Of a DNA stretch of 64,000 nt, positions 1 through 9,232 are shown one piece after another; positions within the stretch are counted from its first letter, which is position 1; every line of letters begins with the position of its first letter. The notes beneath the pieces are model-generated. The model was not told where the DNA came from and ran no database searches. It saw nothing but the letters and a program-made list of their open reading frames with translations. The position numbers were made by a program, and so were the translations under genes. The stretch lies in contig CANCSS010000004.1 in NCBI GenBank assembly GCA_947380905.1, forward strand, positions 8,549 to 72,548. The letters are read 5' to 3'. The stretch comes from Chitinophagaceae bacterium. GTDB lineage: Bacteria > Bacteroidota > Bacteroidia > Chitinophagales > Chitinophagaceae.

Positions 1-217
1 GATTACAAACTGCTTGTTGGCAATAAGCTTTGTTAAAAACAATTCCTTTTTTTGCCAGTCGGTCTATATTCGGGGTTTTAATATTGGTATTTCCATAACA
101 GCCAAGTATGGGACGCAAATCATCCACAGGAATAAAAACAATATTGGGCCTAGCATTTTGTTGCGCCATAGTGGATACACTTAGCAATAGCAAAACAATC
201 ACCCCTATTTTTTTCAT
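1..217 (-). CDS. Sulfatase (S1 family, iduronate-2-sulfatase-like), 5' part only; truncated by window edge
   Basis: Not in the ORF track. Manual translation from ATG at 217: MKKIGVIVLLLLSVSTMAQQNARPNIVFIPVDDLRPILGCYGNTNIKTPNIDRLAKKGIVFNKAYCQQAVCN. This shows a signal peptide, PNIVFI-DDLR, TPNID-LA and the start of the C-x-P-x-R formylglycine motif. Confidence 0.9.
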   Translation of the reverse strand, partial: MKKIGVIVLLLLSVSTMAQQNARPNIVFIPVDDLRPILGCYGNTNIKTPNIDRLAKKGIVFNKAYCQQAVCN

Positions 218-505
218 AAATTTTATCTTGTTTGTTTTTCTTCCTAAACCTAGGACATTTTTTTTACTTGATACAGTAGAGATCGAGATAAGAAATAGCA
301 AAGCCTCGCGAATAGTATTTGCTTTTTCTATCGGTTATTAATGACTAAACAGTTATTAATCAATCATTTACAATTTTAAAGTCTGGTCTTCAACGGCGGT
401 ACTCCTAAGCGAATAAAAAACAATTTCACCCTCGTTATTCCACGAAACAATGGTTAATTTTAGTTCACTCATTTTTTTATTTGAAAGTTTCAAAATATAA
501 TTCCA

Positions 506-2848
506 ATGAAAACAACCAAGCATAAATTATCCAGACTAGATTTTTTAAAAAACACAGGAATCATTGCAACAGGATTGGCTTTCTTTCCTGGTCATGTGAG
601 TGCGAACTTAAAATTGTCAAGTATGGGTTCGACAATAGCAACTGGCGCTGCTTTATCATTAAAAATATTTATCTCTAAACAAGCAAAACCAATAGAAAAG
701 CAAGCAGCACAACAATTACAAAAGTATTTATTAACCCTACCAGGAGCAAAGGTGGAGTTATTAGAAGAAGACCAAGCAAAAGAGGGTTTAGCCATTTATG
801 TAGGCCAAACCAATTTTTCAAAATCAAAAAACATTGATTTTAATTCAATTGAAGAAGATGGCTACTTGAGTAAAATAGATGGTGATCAAATTATTTTAGT
901 AGGTGGTAGCAAGAGTGGTGTATTATATGGAGCATATGACTTATTAGAAGAATTAGGTTTTAAACGTTTTGGTGCCAATGAAAGCTTCCTTCCCAATACA
1001 CCCTCCATTATTTTGCCTAAAAAAGAAAAGCTTTTTAATCCCAAGATAAAATATAGAACTACTTCTTATAGCCAGATGGCCCCACAAGAATATTCAGACT
1101 GGCACAAACTTTCTTCTAGAGACGATTGGGGTTTATTTGTACATACACTAGATGCATTGGTTCCTGCAAAAAAATATGCAAAAGCACACCCTGAATATTA
1201 TTCATTGATTGAGGGTGTCCGCAGACCCGGCACACAATTGTGTTTGTCTAATCCAGAAGTACTTCAAGTTTTAACGGACAACTTAAAAATTAAAATAGCA
1301 GAAAAACCGAATGCAATTTATTGGTCTGTGAGTCAAGACGACAACGATCGATACTGTGCATGTGACAATTGCAAAGCATTGAATGTAAAATATGGGGGCG
1401 TTCCAAGTGGATCAATTATTTGGTTTGTGAATCAGGTGGCGAAAGCTTTCCCCAATAAAATAATTTCCACTTTGGCTTATTGGTATTCAAGAAAAGCACC
1501 TAAAAATATTCAGATAGAACCCAATGTGAATATCATGTTGTGCAATATAGAAAGCTCAAGAGAGGCGCCGGTTTTTGTTACTGACAAAGCTTTTTCCAAT
1601 GATCTTAAAGACTGGGGAGCACTTTCAAAAGATATTTTAATATGGGATTATAATATTCAGTTTACCAATTTTGTTTCTCCTTTTCCAAATTTATTTACCA
1701 TACAACCCAATATTAAATTTTATACAGACAACAATGTGAATGCGTTATTTATGCAAGCCAACAACGAACCGGCTGCAGAAATGGCATTGTTGCGCTCGTA
1801 TCTAATTTCTAAATGTATGTGGAATCCGGCATTGGACGCGAATGATGTAATGAATGAATTTATAAATGGTTATTTCGGAGCCGCTGGAATATTTATTCGA
1901 AAATACATAGATAGCATGCAAGCAGCTTTACAAAAAAGTAAAATGAAGCTGAGTATTTTTGGAGATCCTATTCATGCTAAAGAAGCTTATTTATCATCCA
2001 CCATGTTACCTTCTTATAATGTATTATTTGATCAGGCAGAAAAGGCCGTGGCTAATAACCCAGCAATGTTACAACGTGTGCAAACTGCAAGATTGCCATT
2101 AATGTATGCTGCTATTCAAATTGGCAGAACTGAAATAGATACTGCTAGAAGTATGTATTATACAAAAGCAAATGGGAATATAGCAGTGAGGCCTGCTATG
2201 AAAACATTGGTGAGCACTTTTGTAAATAGATGTTTGAATGAAAAAATTAAATTATTAAGAGAACGTGCAGGAACCCCTCAACATTATTTAAGTTCTTACG
2301 AACGTATTTTTTCGAATATGGATGTGGTAGAAAAAGCATTGTCTTTTAAGAAAAAAATTATTCCAATAACAGTTGCTGCCGAAAAATCAAAACCTTTCCA
2401 ATCCTTGACGGAAGGCGTTTTTGCTTCTTTCGAATCCTGGCAAGAGCCCGATCAAAATTGGGTGTATGCTACTGGCACGCACATGGAGTTTATTTTAGAT
2501 TTGGGCAAAGAAACCAACGTAAATGCTATTAATATGGATTTTTTAAATCCACAAGCACAACCCGACTGGCATTTATTTGCCTTGCCTAAATACGTTTCTT
2601 ATTCGCTATCGCTAGATGGAGAAAAGTATGAAGAAGCCATTGTTATTAATAATCCGAACAACCCAAATCCCATTGAAAATCCAGATGTGAAATTGATTTC
2701 ATTTCTATCTTTTACACAAACATTTAAAACAAAAACAAAGACAAGGTTTATTAAAGTGCATGCAGAAAGCTTATTGAAAACTCCTTCTTGGCACATTCGG
2801 TCTGGATCGCCCCTCTCTATTTATTGTGATCATATCGTTGTGAAATAA
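506..2848 (+). CDS. DUF4838-domain exported glycosidase-like protein (GH20/GH67-type N domain, C-terminal galactose-binding-like domain)
   Basis: 780 aa ORF with a Tat-like leader (SRLDFLK) and GVLYGAYDLLEELG, QLCLSNPEV, SQDD-YCACDNC and TLAY motifs typical of DUF4838 proteins. Confidence 0.75.
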   Translation: MKTTKHKLSRLDFLKNTGIIATGLAFFPGHVSANLKLSSMGSTIATGAALSLKIFISKQAKPIEKQAAQQLQKYLLTLPGAKVELLEEDQAKEGLAIYVGQTNFSKSKNIDFNSIEEDGYLSKIDGDQIILVGGSKSGVLYGAYDLLEELGFKRFGANESFLPNTPSIILPKKEKLFNPKIKYRTTSYSQMAPQEYSDWHKLSSRDDWGLFVHTLDALVPAKKYAKAHPEYYSLIEGVRRPGTQLCLSNPEVLQVLTDNLKIKIAEKPNAIYWSVSQDDNDRYCACDNCKALNVKYGGVPSGSIIWFVNQVAKAFPNKIISTLAYWYSRKAPKNIQIEPNVNIMLCNIESSREAPVFVTDKAFSNDLKDWGALSKDILIWDYNIQFTNFVSPFPNLFTIQPNIKFYTDNNVNALFMQANNEPAAEMALLRSYLISKCMWNPALDANDVMNEFINGYFGAAGIFIRKYIDSMQAALQKSKMKLSIFGDPIHAKEAYLSSTMLPSYNVLFDQAEKAVANNPAMLQRVQTARLPLMYAAIQIGRTEIDTARSMYYTKANGNIAVRPAMKTLVSTFVNRCLNEKIKLLRERAGTPQHYLSSYERIFSNMDVVEKALSFKKKIIPITVAAEKSKPFQSLTEGVFASFESWQEPDQNWVYATGTHMEFILDLGKETNVNAINMDFLNPQAQPDWHLFALPKYVSYSLSLDGEKYEEAIVINNPNNPNPIENPDVKLISFLSFTQTFKTKTKTRFIKVHAESLLKTPSWHIRSGSPLSIYCDHIVVK

Positions 2849-2912
2849 GTTGTATTACTATAGTGCATCCTCTTCTTGTCGTATATCATTATTAATTTTT
2901 ATTCAAAAACAA

Positions 2913-4343
2913 ATGAACAGCCGCCGAAAATTTATTCAAAATTCTGTACTAGCCAGTACCGCCTTAATGTATAAAAAAGTTATTCCATTTAATTTGGAGC
3001 AAGCTTATATCACAAAACGACCAGCGATTGAAAAAAGAAATTTTACAAGCACGGGGGTCAATCAATTTATAGCAAAAGCCAAAGCTAAAATCAAAGATCC
3101 TGAACTGGCATGGTTGTTTGAAAACTGTTACCCGAATACCCTAGACACTACCGTGGAGCATGAAATAATTAATAATATACCTGACACCTATGTCATTACG
3201 GGTGATATTGATGCCATGTGGCTTCGTGATAGTACTGCACAAATCACACCTTACCTGCCTTTTGTAAAAGAGGATCAAACACTTGCTAAACTAGTAGAAG
3301 GAGTTATTAATAGACAAAAAAAATGTGTTTTATTGGATAGCTATGCCAATGCATTTTATAAAGATGTTAAAAAAGTAAGTGAATGGAAAAGCGATTTAAC
3401 TACCATGCAACCCGGTATTCACGAACGCAAATGGGAGATTGATTCTTTGTGTTATCCAATAAGGCTTGCTTATAAGTATTGGAAATTAACGGGCCATACC
3501 CAGGTTTTTGATGATCAGTGGGTAAGTGCTATAGCGCTTACAGTGAAAACATTTAAAGAACAACAAAGAAAAGAAAACAATGGCCCCTATACTTTTCAAA
3601 GAACCACGGCTTGGGCTACCGATGGGGTGCCATTGGGCGGCTACGGTTATCCTACCAAGCCCGTAGGTTTAATTTGTTCTATGTTCAGACCCAGTGATGA
3701 TGCCACTATCTTTCCTTTTTTAATTCCTTCTAATTGTTTTGCAGTCGTGTCACTGCGTCAAGCAGCTGAATTATTAACTAAAGTAAAAAATAATACCACA
3801 CTCGCTTCTAGCTGTTTAGCCTTGGCCAATGAAGTAGATGCCGCCATCCGTAAATATGGCATTGTGCATCATCCAACATTGGGCGCTGTCTTTGCTTATG
3901 AAGTAAATGGCTTTGGTAGTTTTAATTTAATGGACGATGCCAATGTGCCTAGCTTATTGTCTTTGCCTTATTTAGGCTATGTAAAAAACAATGATCCTAT
4001 CTATAGGAATACCAGAAAATTAGTGCTTAGCACCAACAATCCTTTTTATTACAAAGGAAGCAAGGCCGAGGGTATTGGTGGGCCCCATGCTGGTGTAAAT
4101 ATGATTTGGCCACTGAGTATTATCATGAGAGGATTAACCACCGATTCTAAAACTGAAATGCAGTACTGTTTAAAAATGCTTAAGGAAACACATGCAAATA
4201 CGGGATTTATGCACGAGTCTTTTCATAAAGACGATGCGAATAACTTTACCAGAAAATGGTTTGCTTGGGCCAATACTTTATTTGGGGAGCTGATTCAACA
4301 TATTTTAATCGAGCAACCTAGTATTTTAGAAAATCTTGTATAA
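2913..4343 (+). CDS. GH125 exo-alpha-1,6-mannosidase family protein, Tat signal
   Basis: NTLDTT, TGDIDAMWLRDS, ERKWEIDSLCY, FRPSDDA, MDDANVPSLL, HESF and FAWAN motifs. Start moved to ATG 2913 (MNSRRKFIQ). Confidence 0.92.
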   Translation: MNSRRKFIQNSVLASTALMYKKVIPFNLEQAYITKRPAIEKRNFTSTGVNQFIAKAKAKIKDPELAWLFENCYPNTLDTTVEHEIINNIPDTYVITGDIDAMWLRDSTAQITPYLPFVKEDQTLAKLVEGVINRQKKCVLLDSYANAFYKDVKKVSEWKSDLTTMQPGIHERKWEIDSLCYPIRLAYKYWKLTGHTQVFDDQWVSAIALTVKTFKEQQRKENNGPYTFQRTTAWATDGVPLGGYGYPTKPVGLICSMFRPSDDATIFPFLIPSNCFAVVSLRQAAELLTKVKNNTTLASSCLALANEVDAAIRKYGIVHHPTLGAVFAYEVNGFGSFNLMDDANVPSLLSLPYLGYVKNNDPIYRNTRKLVLSTNNPFYYKGSKAEGIGGPHAGVNMIWPLSIIMRGLTTDSKTEMQYCLKMLKETHANTGFMHESFHKDDANNFTRKWFAWANTLFGELIQHILIEQPSILENLV

Positions 4344-4394
4344 TATTTTTTAAATGATTTGTAAATAATTAAATTACAGTATAATTTTTAAATT

Positions 4395-6074
4395 ATGGCT
4401 ACTAATAATACATTTGATGCGATTGTAATTGGCTCTGGAATTAGCGGTGGATGGGCTGCTAAGGAATTGTGTGAGAAAGGATTAAAAACCTTGGTGTTAG
4501 AAAGAGGAAAAAATGTTGTGCATCTTAAAGATTATCCTACCGCCACCAAAAATCCTTGGGACTTTGATCATCGAGGAAAAAAAACCAAAGCGCTTACAAA
4601 AAACAATCCGGTAGTGAGCAGGTGCTATGCTTACAATGAAACCTCACAACATTTTTTTGTAAAAGATACCGAGCATCCTTATGTTCAAGAAAAACCATAT
4701 GATTGGATTCGGGGCTATCAAGTAGGAGGGAAGTCGTTGTTGTGGGCAAGGCAAACACAAAGATGGAGTAAATATGATTTTGAAGGACCTGCTCGAGATG
4801 GCTTTGGAGATTGGCCTATACGCTATGCTGATATTGAATCCTGGTATACCCATGTAGAACTTTTTGCAGGCATCAGTGGTAATTATGATAAACTAGATAC
4901 TTTGCCTGATGGTTCTTTTTTACCCGCTTGGGAAATGAACAGTGTAGAAAAAGAAATGCAAGGCAATATCATGAAAAAGTTCACCGATCGTCATGTAGTT
5001 CAAGGAAGGTGTGCTCATTTAACCGTACCTGAGCCTATTCATATACAACAAGGAAGACAACAATGTCAAGCGCGTTCCTTATGTGAAAGAGGCTGTCCTT
5101 TTGGTGGTTATTTTAGTTCCAATGCTTCCACCATTCCTTGGGCGCAGAAAACAGGCAACCTAACCCTGCAACCCAACTCGGTAGTGCATTCTATTATTTA
5201 TGATGAAAGCCTGCAAAAAGCGACGGGCGTTCGAGTAATAGATACCATCACTAAAAAAACAACAGAATATTTTGCTAAAATAATTTTTGTTAACGCTGCG
5301 ACATTAAATACCAATTTAATTTTACTTAACTCCACTTCAAAACGCTTTCCGAATGGGCTAGGCAATGATAGTGGCTTATTGGGAAAATACATTGCATTTC
5401 ATAATTATCGTGGAAATTTATCTGCCACCATCGATGGAAATTTAGATAAATATTATTACGGTCGTCGACCCACACAACCCATGATGCCTAATTTTAGAAA
5501 CGTGCACAAACAAGAAACCGATTTTCAAAGAGGCTATATGGTTTTCTTTGGAGCCGGCCGATCGGCAGCATCTGCCGAAGGCATTGGAGCGGACTTTAAA
5601 GAACAAAGTACTGAACTAGGCGGTTGGCATGTATCTATGATGATGCAAGGAGAAACGGTTCCCAAGGAATCCAATCATGTAAGATTAAGTCCTGATCAAA
5701 AAGACGAGTGGGGCATTCCTCAATTAATTACGTCTATTGGTTATGATGAGAACGACGAAAGATTGTTAAAAGATTTTTTACAAGTGGGCAGTGAATTATT
5801 AGACGCAGCCGGTTGTAAAAATATTCATTCCTGGGACACCAAACAAGCACCAGGATTGGACATTCATGAAATGGGCGGAGTGCGCATGGGCAATGATCCT
5901 TCAACTTCTTTGTTAAATAAGTGGAATCAAATGCATCATTGTAAAAATGTGTTTGTGACCGACGGCGCTTGTATGGCAAGTACCAGTACGCAAAATCCTT
6001 CCTTAACTTTTATGGCCATCACAGCTAGGGCTGCGAACTATGCAGTGGAGGCATTAAAAAAAGGAGAATTGTAA
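4395..6074 (+). CDS. GMC-family FAD oxidoreductase (glycoside 3-dehydrogenase large-subunit type)
   Basis: GSGISGG FAD motif, VGGKSLLW, Cys cluster CQARSLCERGC, HEMGG and QNPSLT catalytic region. Confidence 0.88.
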   Translation: MATNNTFDAIVIGSGISGGWAAKELCEKGLKTLVLERGKNVVHLKDYPTATKNPWDFDHRGKKTKALTKNNPVVSRCYAYNETSQHFFVKDTEHPYVQEKPYDWIRGYQVGGKSLLWARQTQRWSKYDFEGPARDGFGDWPIRYADIESWYTHVELFAGISGNYDKLDTLPDGSFLPAWEMNSVEKEMQGNIMKKFTDRHVVQGRCAHLTVPEPIHIQQGRQQCQARSLCERGCPFGGYFSSNASTIPWAQKTGNLTLQPNSVVHSIIYDESLQKATGVRVIDTITKKTTEYFAKIIFVNAATLNTNLILLNSTSKRFPNGLGNDSGLLGKYIAFHNYRGNLSATIDGNLDKYYYGRRPTQPMMPNFRNVHKQETDFQRGYMVFFGAGRSAASAEGIGADFKEQSTELGGWHVSMMMQGETVPKESNHVRLSPDQKDEWGIPQLITSIGYDENDERLLKDFLQVGSELLDAAGCKNIHSWDTKQAPGLDIHEMGGVRMGNDPSTSLLNKWNQMHHCKNVFVTDGACMASTSTQNPSLTFMAITARAANYAVEALKKGEL

Positions 6075-6107
6075 TATTTTATAAATGATTCTTAATCACT
6101 ATTATTT

Positions 6108-8027
6108 ATGAACAATTGTTTTAATAATTTAATGTGTAAAAAATTAAAAAGTATTCAAACGGCATTTATTTTTTTATTTTTTATTTCCAATACCGTTTTT
6201 GCACAAGTAACTAAAAAAGTAATTCATACCGATGTGCTGGTTGTAGGCGGTTCTGCAAGTGGCATTGCTGCTGGCATTCAGGCTGCGCGCATGGGGGTGA
6301 ATACCTTAATTGTAGAACCCACCACTTGGTTAGGAGGTATGATTACTTCGGCTGGCGTGTCAGCTTTTGATGGGAATCATTTAATGCCTGCTGGATTGTT
6401 TGGAGAATTTAGAAATCAATTGTATAAAGTATATGGTGGCCCCAAACAAGTAGAAACAGGATGGGTAAGCAATACTTTATTTGAACCACATATTGGGGAT
6501 AGTATTTTTAAAGCATTGGCTGCGAAGGAAAAAAAATTACAAATTCAATATCAGTACAGTTTTAAAGAAGTGATTGTAAATGGATTAACCATTATTGGCG
6601 CTAAATTTATTTCTAATATCAACCCAACAGAATTATGGGTTTATGCCAAAAGAACCATTGATGCTACCGAGCTGGGCGATGTCATGGCCAGTGCTAAGAT
6701 TCCCTATAGCCTTGGGATGGAGTCTTATAAAGAAACGGGCGAAAATGTACATGTACCTGCTACCAATGATATTATTCAAGACATTACTTATGTTGCTATC
6801 TTAAAAGATTTTGGAACCCCTCAGCCTTTAATTGAAAAGCCCGCTAATTATGACGCTAAAGAATTTGATGCTTCCAATTCAGATTTTTATTTTGATACCA
6901 CTCGAAAAAAACCTGGCGTCAATGCAAGAAAAATGTTGGACTATGGAAAAATGCCCAATGAAAAATACATGTTGAATTGGCCCATTTATGGAAATGATAT
7001 TTTTTTGAATGTGATTGAACAAGATCCTATTACACGTGAAAAATTATTGGAAAAAGCAAAACAACAAACCTTACGCTTTGTTTATTTTATTCAAAAAGAC
7101 CTAGGATATAAAAATTATGCTTTGGCTGTTGATGAATTTCCAACAAAAGATAAATTAGCATTACATCCTTATTACAGAGAATCTAGACGTTTGAAAGGAG
7201 TGGTTAGAATGAAAGTTCAAAACATTGCAACGCCTTTTGACACCGAATCACCTTTGTATCGAACTGGTATTGCAGTGGGAGATTATGCCATTGATCATCA
7301 TCACAAAAAAAACAGCAACGCACCGCAACACTTAGATTTTTATCCTGTACCATCTTTTAATATTGCATTGGGAACCTTACTTCCCCCAAAACATAAAAAT
7401 ATTATTATCGCAGAAAAATCAATTAGTGTTTCTAATGTTGTTAATGGTACTACTCGATTACAACCCTGTGTGTTGCAAATAGGTCAAGCCGCTGGTATGT
7501 TGGCTGCGCTAAGCGTCCTACATAATAGGGCGCCTATAGATGTTCCTGTAAGGCTGGTTCAAGAAAAATTATTAGCTGGGGGTTCTTATATCATGCCTTA
7601 TGTGGACCTAGAAAAAACAGATATGCATTTTGTTGCTGCTCAAAAGTTAGGTGCTACAGGATTGTTGAAAGGCAAGGGCGTTCCAATGGGATGGGCCAAC
7701 AAAACTTATTTTAATCCCAATGACAGTGTAGCATCAAGTTCGTTTTTAGAAGTTTGGTTGAAAAAATTTCCGAATGATAAAATAGCCACCCACGAAAAGA
7801 TGACCATCAAGGAGGCGTTGTATTTTGCTTCCAAATTGACTAAAAATAATCAGATGCAACAAACCGCCATGGCAAAAAATAAATGGAATAGTTGGGGTTT
7901 CACCCAATTTGATTTGGATAGGCCCATTCATCGAATTGAATTGGCGGCGCTGTTGAATGAAGTCAATGTTTTTAATTATTTTTCCGTGGACCTAAAAGGG
8001 AACTTTATAACAAGTGCTTCTAAATAA
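6108..8027 (+). CDS. Exported FAD-dependent oxidoreductase (PF12831-like)
   Basis: DVLVVGGSASGIAAGIQAAR, IDATELGD, YYRESRR and TRLQP-GQAAG motifs. N-terminal signal peptide; exact start uncertain. Confidence 0.8.
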   Translation: MNNCFNNLMCKKLKSIQTAFIFLFFISNTVFAQVTKKVIHTDVLVVGGSASGIAAGIQAARMGVNTLIVEPTTWLGGMITSAGVSAFDGNHLMPAGLFGEFRNQLYKVYGGPKQVETGWVSNTLFEPHIGDSIFKALAAKEKKLQIQYQYSFKEVIVNGLTIIGAKFISNINPTELWVYAKRTIDATELGDVMASAKIPYSLGMESYKETGENVHVPATNDIIQDITYVAILKDFGTPQPLIEKPANYDAKEFDASNSDFYFDTTRKKPGVNARKMLDYGKMPNEKYMLNWPIYGNDIFLNVIEQDPITREKLLEKAKQQTLRFVYFIQKDLGYKNYALAVDEFPTKDKLALHPYYRESRRLKGVVRMKVQNIATPFDTESPLYRTGIAVGDYAIDHHHKKNSNAPQHLDFYPVPSFNIALGTLLPPKHKNIIIAEKSISVSNVVNGTTRLQPCVLQIGQAAGMLAALSVLHNRAPIDVPVRLVQEKLLAGGSYIMPYVDLEKTDMHFVAAQKLGATGLLKGKGVPMGWANKTYFNPNDSVASSSFLEVWLKKFPNDKIATHEKMTIKEALYFASKLTKNNQMQQTAMAKNKWNSWGFTQFDLDRPIHRIELAALLNEVNVFNYFSVDLKGNFITSASK

Positions 8028-8064
8028 ATATCTGCAACATAAATATTTATTACTGCAAAATATT

Positions 8065-8841
8065 TTAAAGGGGCCTTACCCAAATATTTCTATAGCTAAT
8101 GGGTTCACTCTTGTCTCCATGCGCTTGTAATTTTAGCGGGCTCGCGCCATGTTTTATATACACAGGGTCTCCTCTATTTGGGGTATCTCCAATTAATTCA
8201 AAATTATTTTGAACTAAAATACCATTGTGTAAAGCAGTCATTCTAGCTGCTGATTTTAAACTCCCATCTTCATTAAATAAAGGAGCAGTCCAAATAACAT
8301 CAAATATTTGCCATTCTCCAGGAGGCAATGCTGCATTCACTAATGGAGGAGATTGCTTGTAGATACTCCCCACTTGTCCGTTGACATAAGTGGTATTGGT
8401 GTAGTTGTCTAATACTTGTAATTCATATCCTCCTGCATTGCCCATGCCAGTTGGTAATGCTGCTAAAAAAATTCCGCTATTGCCTCTTGATTGACCTTCA
8501 CCGGTAACATAACTTGGTATAAGATATTCAATATGCAATTGAAAACTCATAAATTTTCTTTTGGTTTGTATGTCTCCATTGGGTTTATTCACGCGCATCG
8601 TACCATCCACTAAATCCCATTTTGAACTGCTATTGGGATTTTTTACCAATTCCCATTCATCCATATTGGATCCGTTGAACAATACAATTGCATCTGAAGG
8701 CGCACTGGTAATGCCTTTTGCTGGAGTTACTTTAGTTGGTACAGGGCTATAATACTCTGCATCTTTTGGTTGCCCTTTTACTTGTGCATGTAAATTCATG
8801 GCAAAGGCCAGTGCAATTATTAAAAGAAATCTAATTTTCAT
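8065..8841 (-). CDS. DUF1080 (3-keto-disaccharide hydrolase/lyase) protein
   Basis: Signal peptide; APSDAIVLFNG, RGNSGIF, YELQVLD, LQAHG and YRNIW motifs. Confidence 0.9.
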   Translation of the reverse strand: MKIRFLLIIALAFAMNLHAQVKGQPKDAEYYSPVPTKVTPAKGITSAPSDAIVLFNGSNMDEWELVKNPNSSSKWDLVDGTMRVNKPNGDIQTKRKFMSFQLHIEYLIPSYVTGEGQSRGNSGIFLAALPTGMGNAGGYELQVLDNYTNTTYVNGQVGSIYKQSPPLVNAALPPGEWQIFDVIWTAPLFNEDGSLKSAARMTALHNGILVQNNFELIGDTPNRGDPVYIKHGASPLKLQAHGDKSEPISYRNIWVRPL

Positions 8842-8867
8842 AGCAATAAAATTTATGTATAAATATA

Positions 8868-9098
8868 TTATTTAGCTCTTCTTCTAGCTTCTTCTGCTTC
8901 TTTGTAAATTCTAATCCAAGTTAGCGAAATATCTATCACTGCCAATAAAGGACCTAACAATACTACCATGATCACTTCTAATCCAGGGGTATATCCAATC
9001 ACGCCATCTAAAGAAATAGATTTTGATCTTTTGGTTAATTTATAAAGGCAATAGACAGAGGATAAAACCCAAATAACGATGATAATATTTTGACTCAT
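8868..9098 (-). CDS. Small hypothetical membrane protein (76 aa, two hydrophobic segments)
   Basis: ATG ORF filling the gap upstream of DUF1080 in the same orientation; two TM-like stretches and a charged tail. Confidence 0.6.
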   Translation of the reverse strand: MSQNIIIVIWVLSSVYCLYKLTKRSKSISLDGVIGYTPGLEVIMVVLLGPLLAVIDISLTWIRIYKEAEEARRRAK

Positions 9099-9232
9099 AG
9101 TATAATTTTATAATGCAAAGATAATATAAATTGAACTTTTATATTTAGAAATGATTATAGACGCTGTTAAAATTAGGATATCCGTATTTGCAATAATTTT
9201 TGTTGTAAATTGGTATTCTTAATTTATATCGT

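Noticed and set aside
108-341. 77 aa plus-strand ORF
   Set aside because: Antisense shadow of the sulfatase start plus intergenic DNA; no protein-like motifs.
2650-2682. AATCCG/AACCCA-like repeats (NNPNNPNP)
   Set aside because: In-frame low-complexity coding sequence, not a DNA repeat element.
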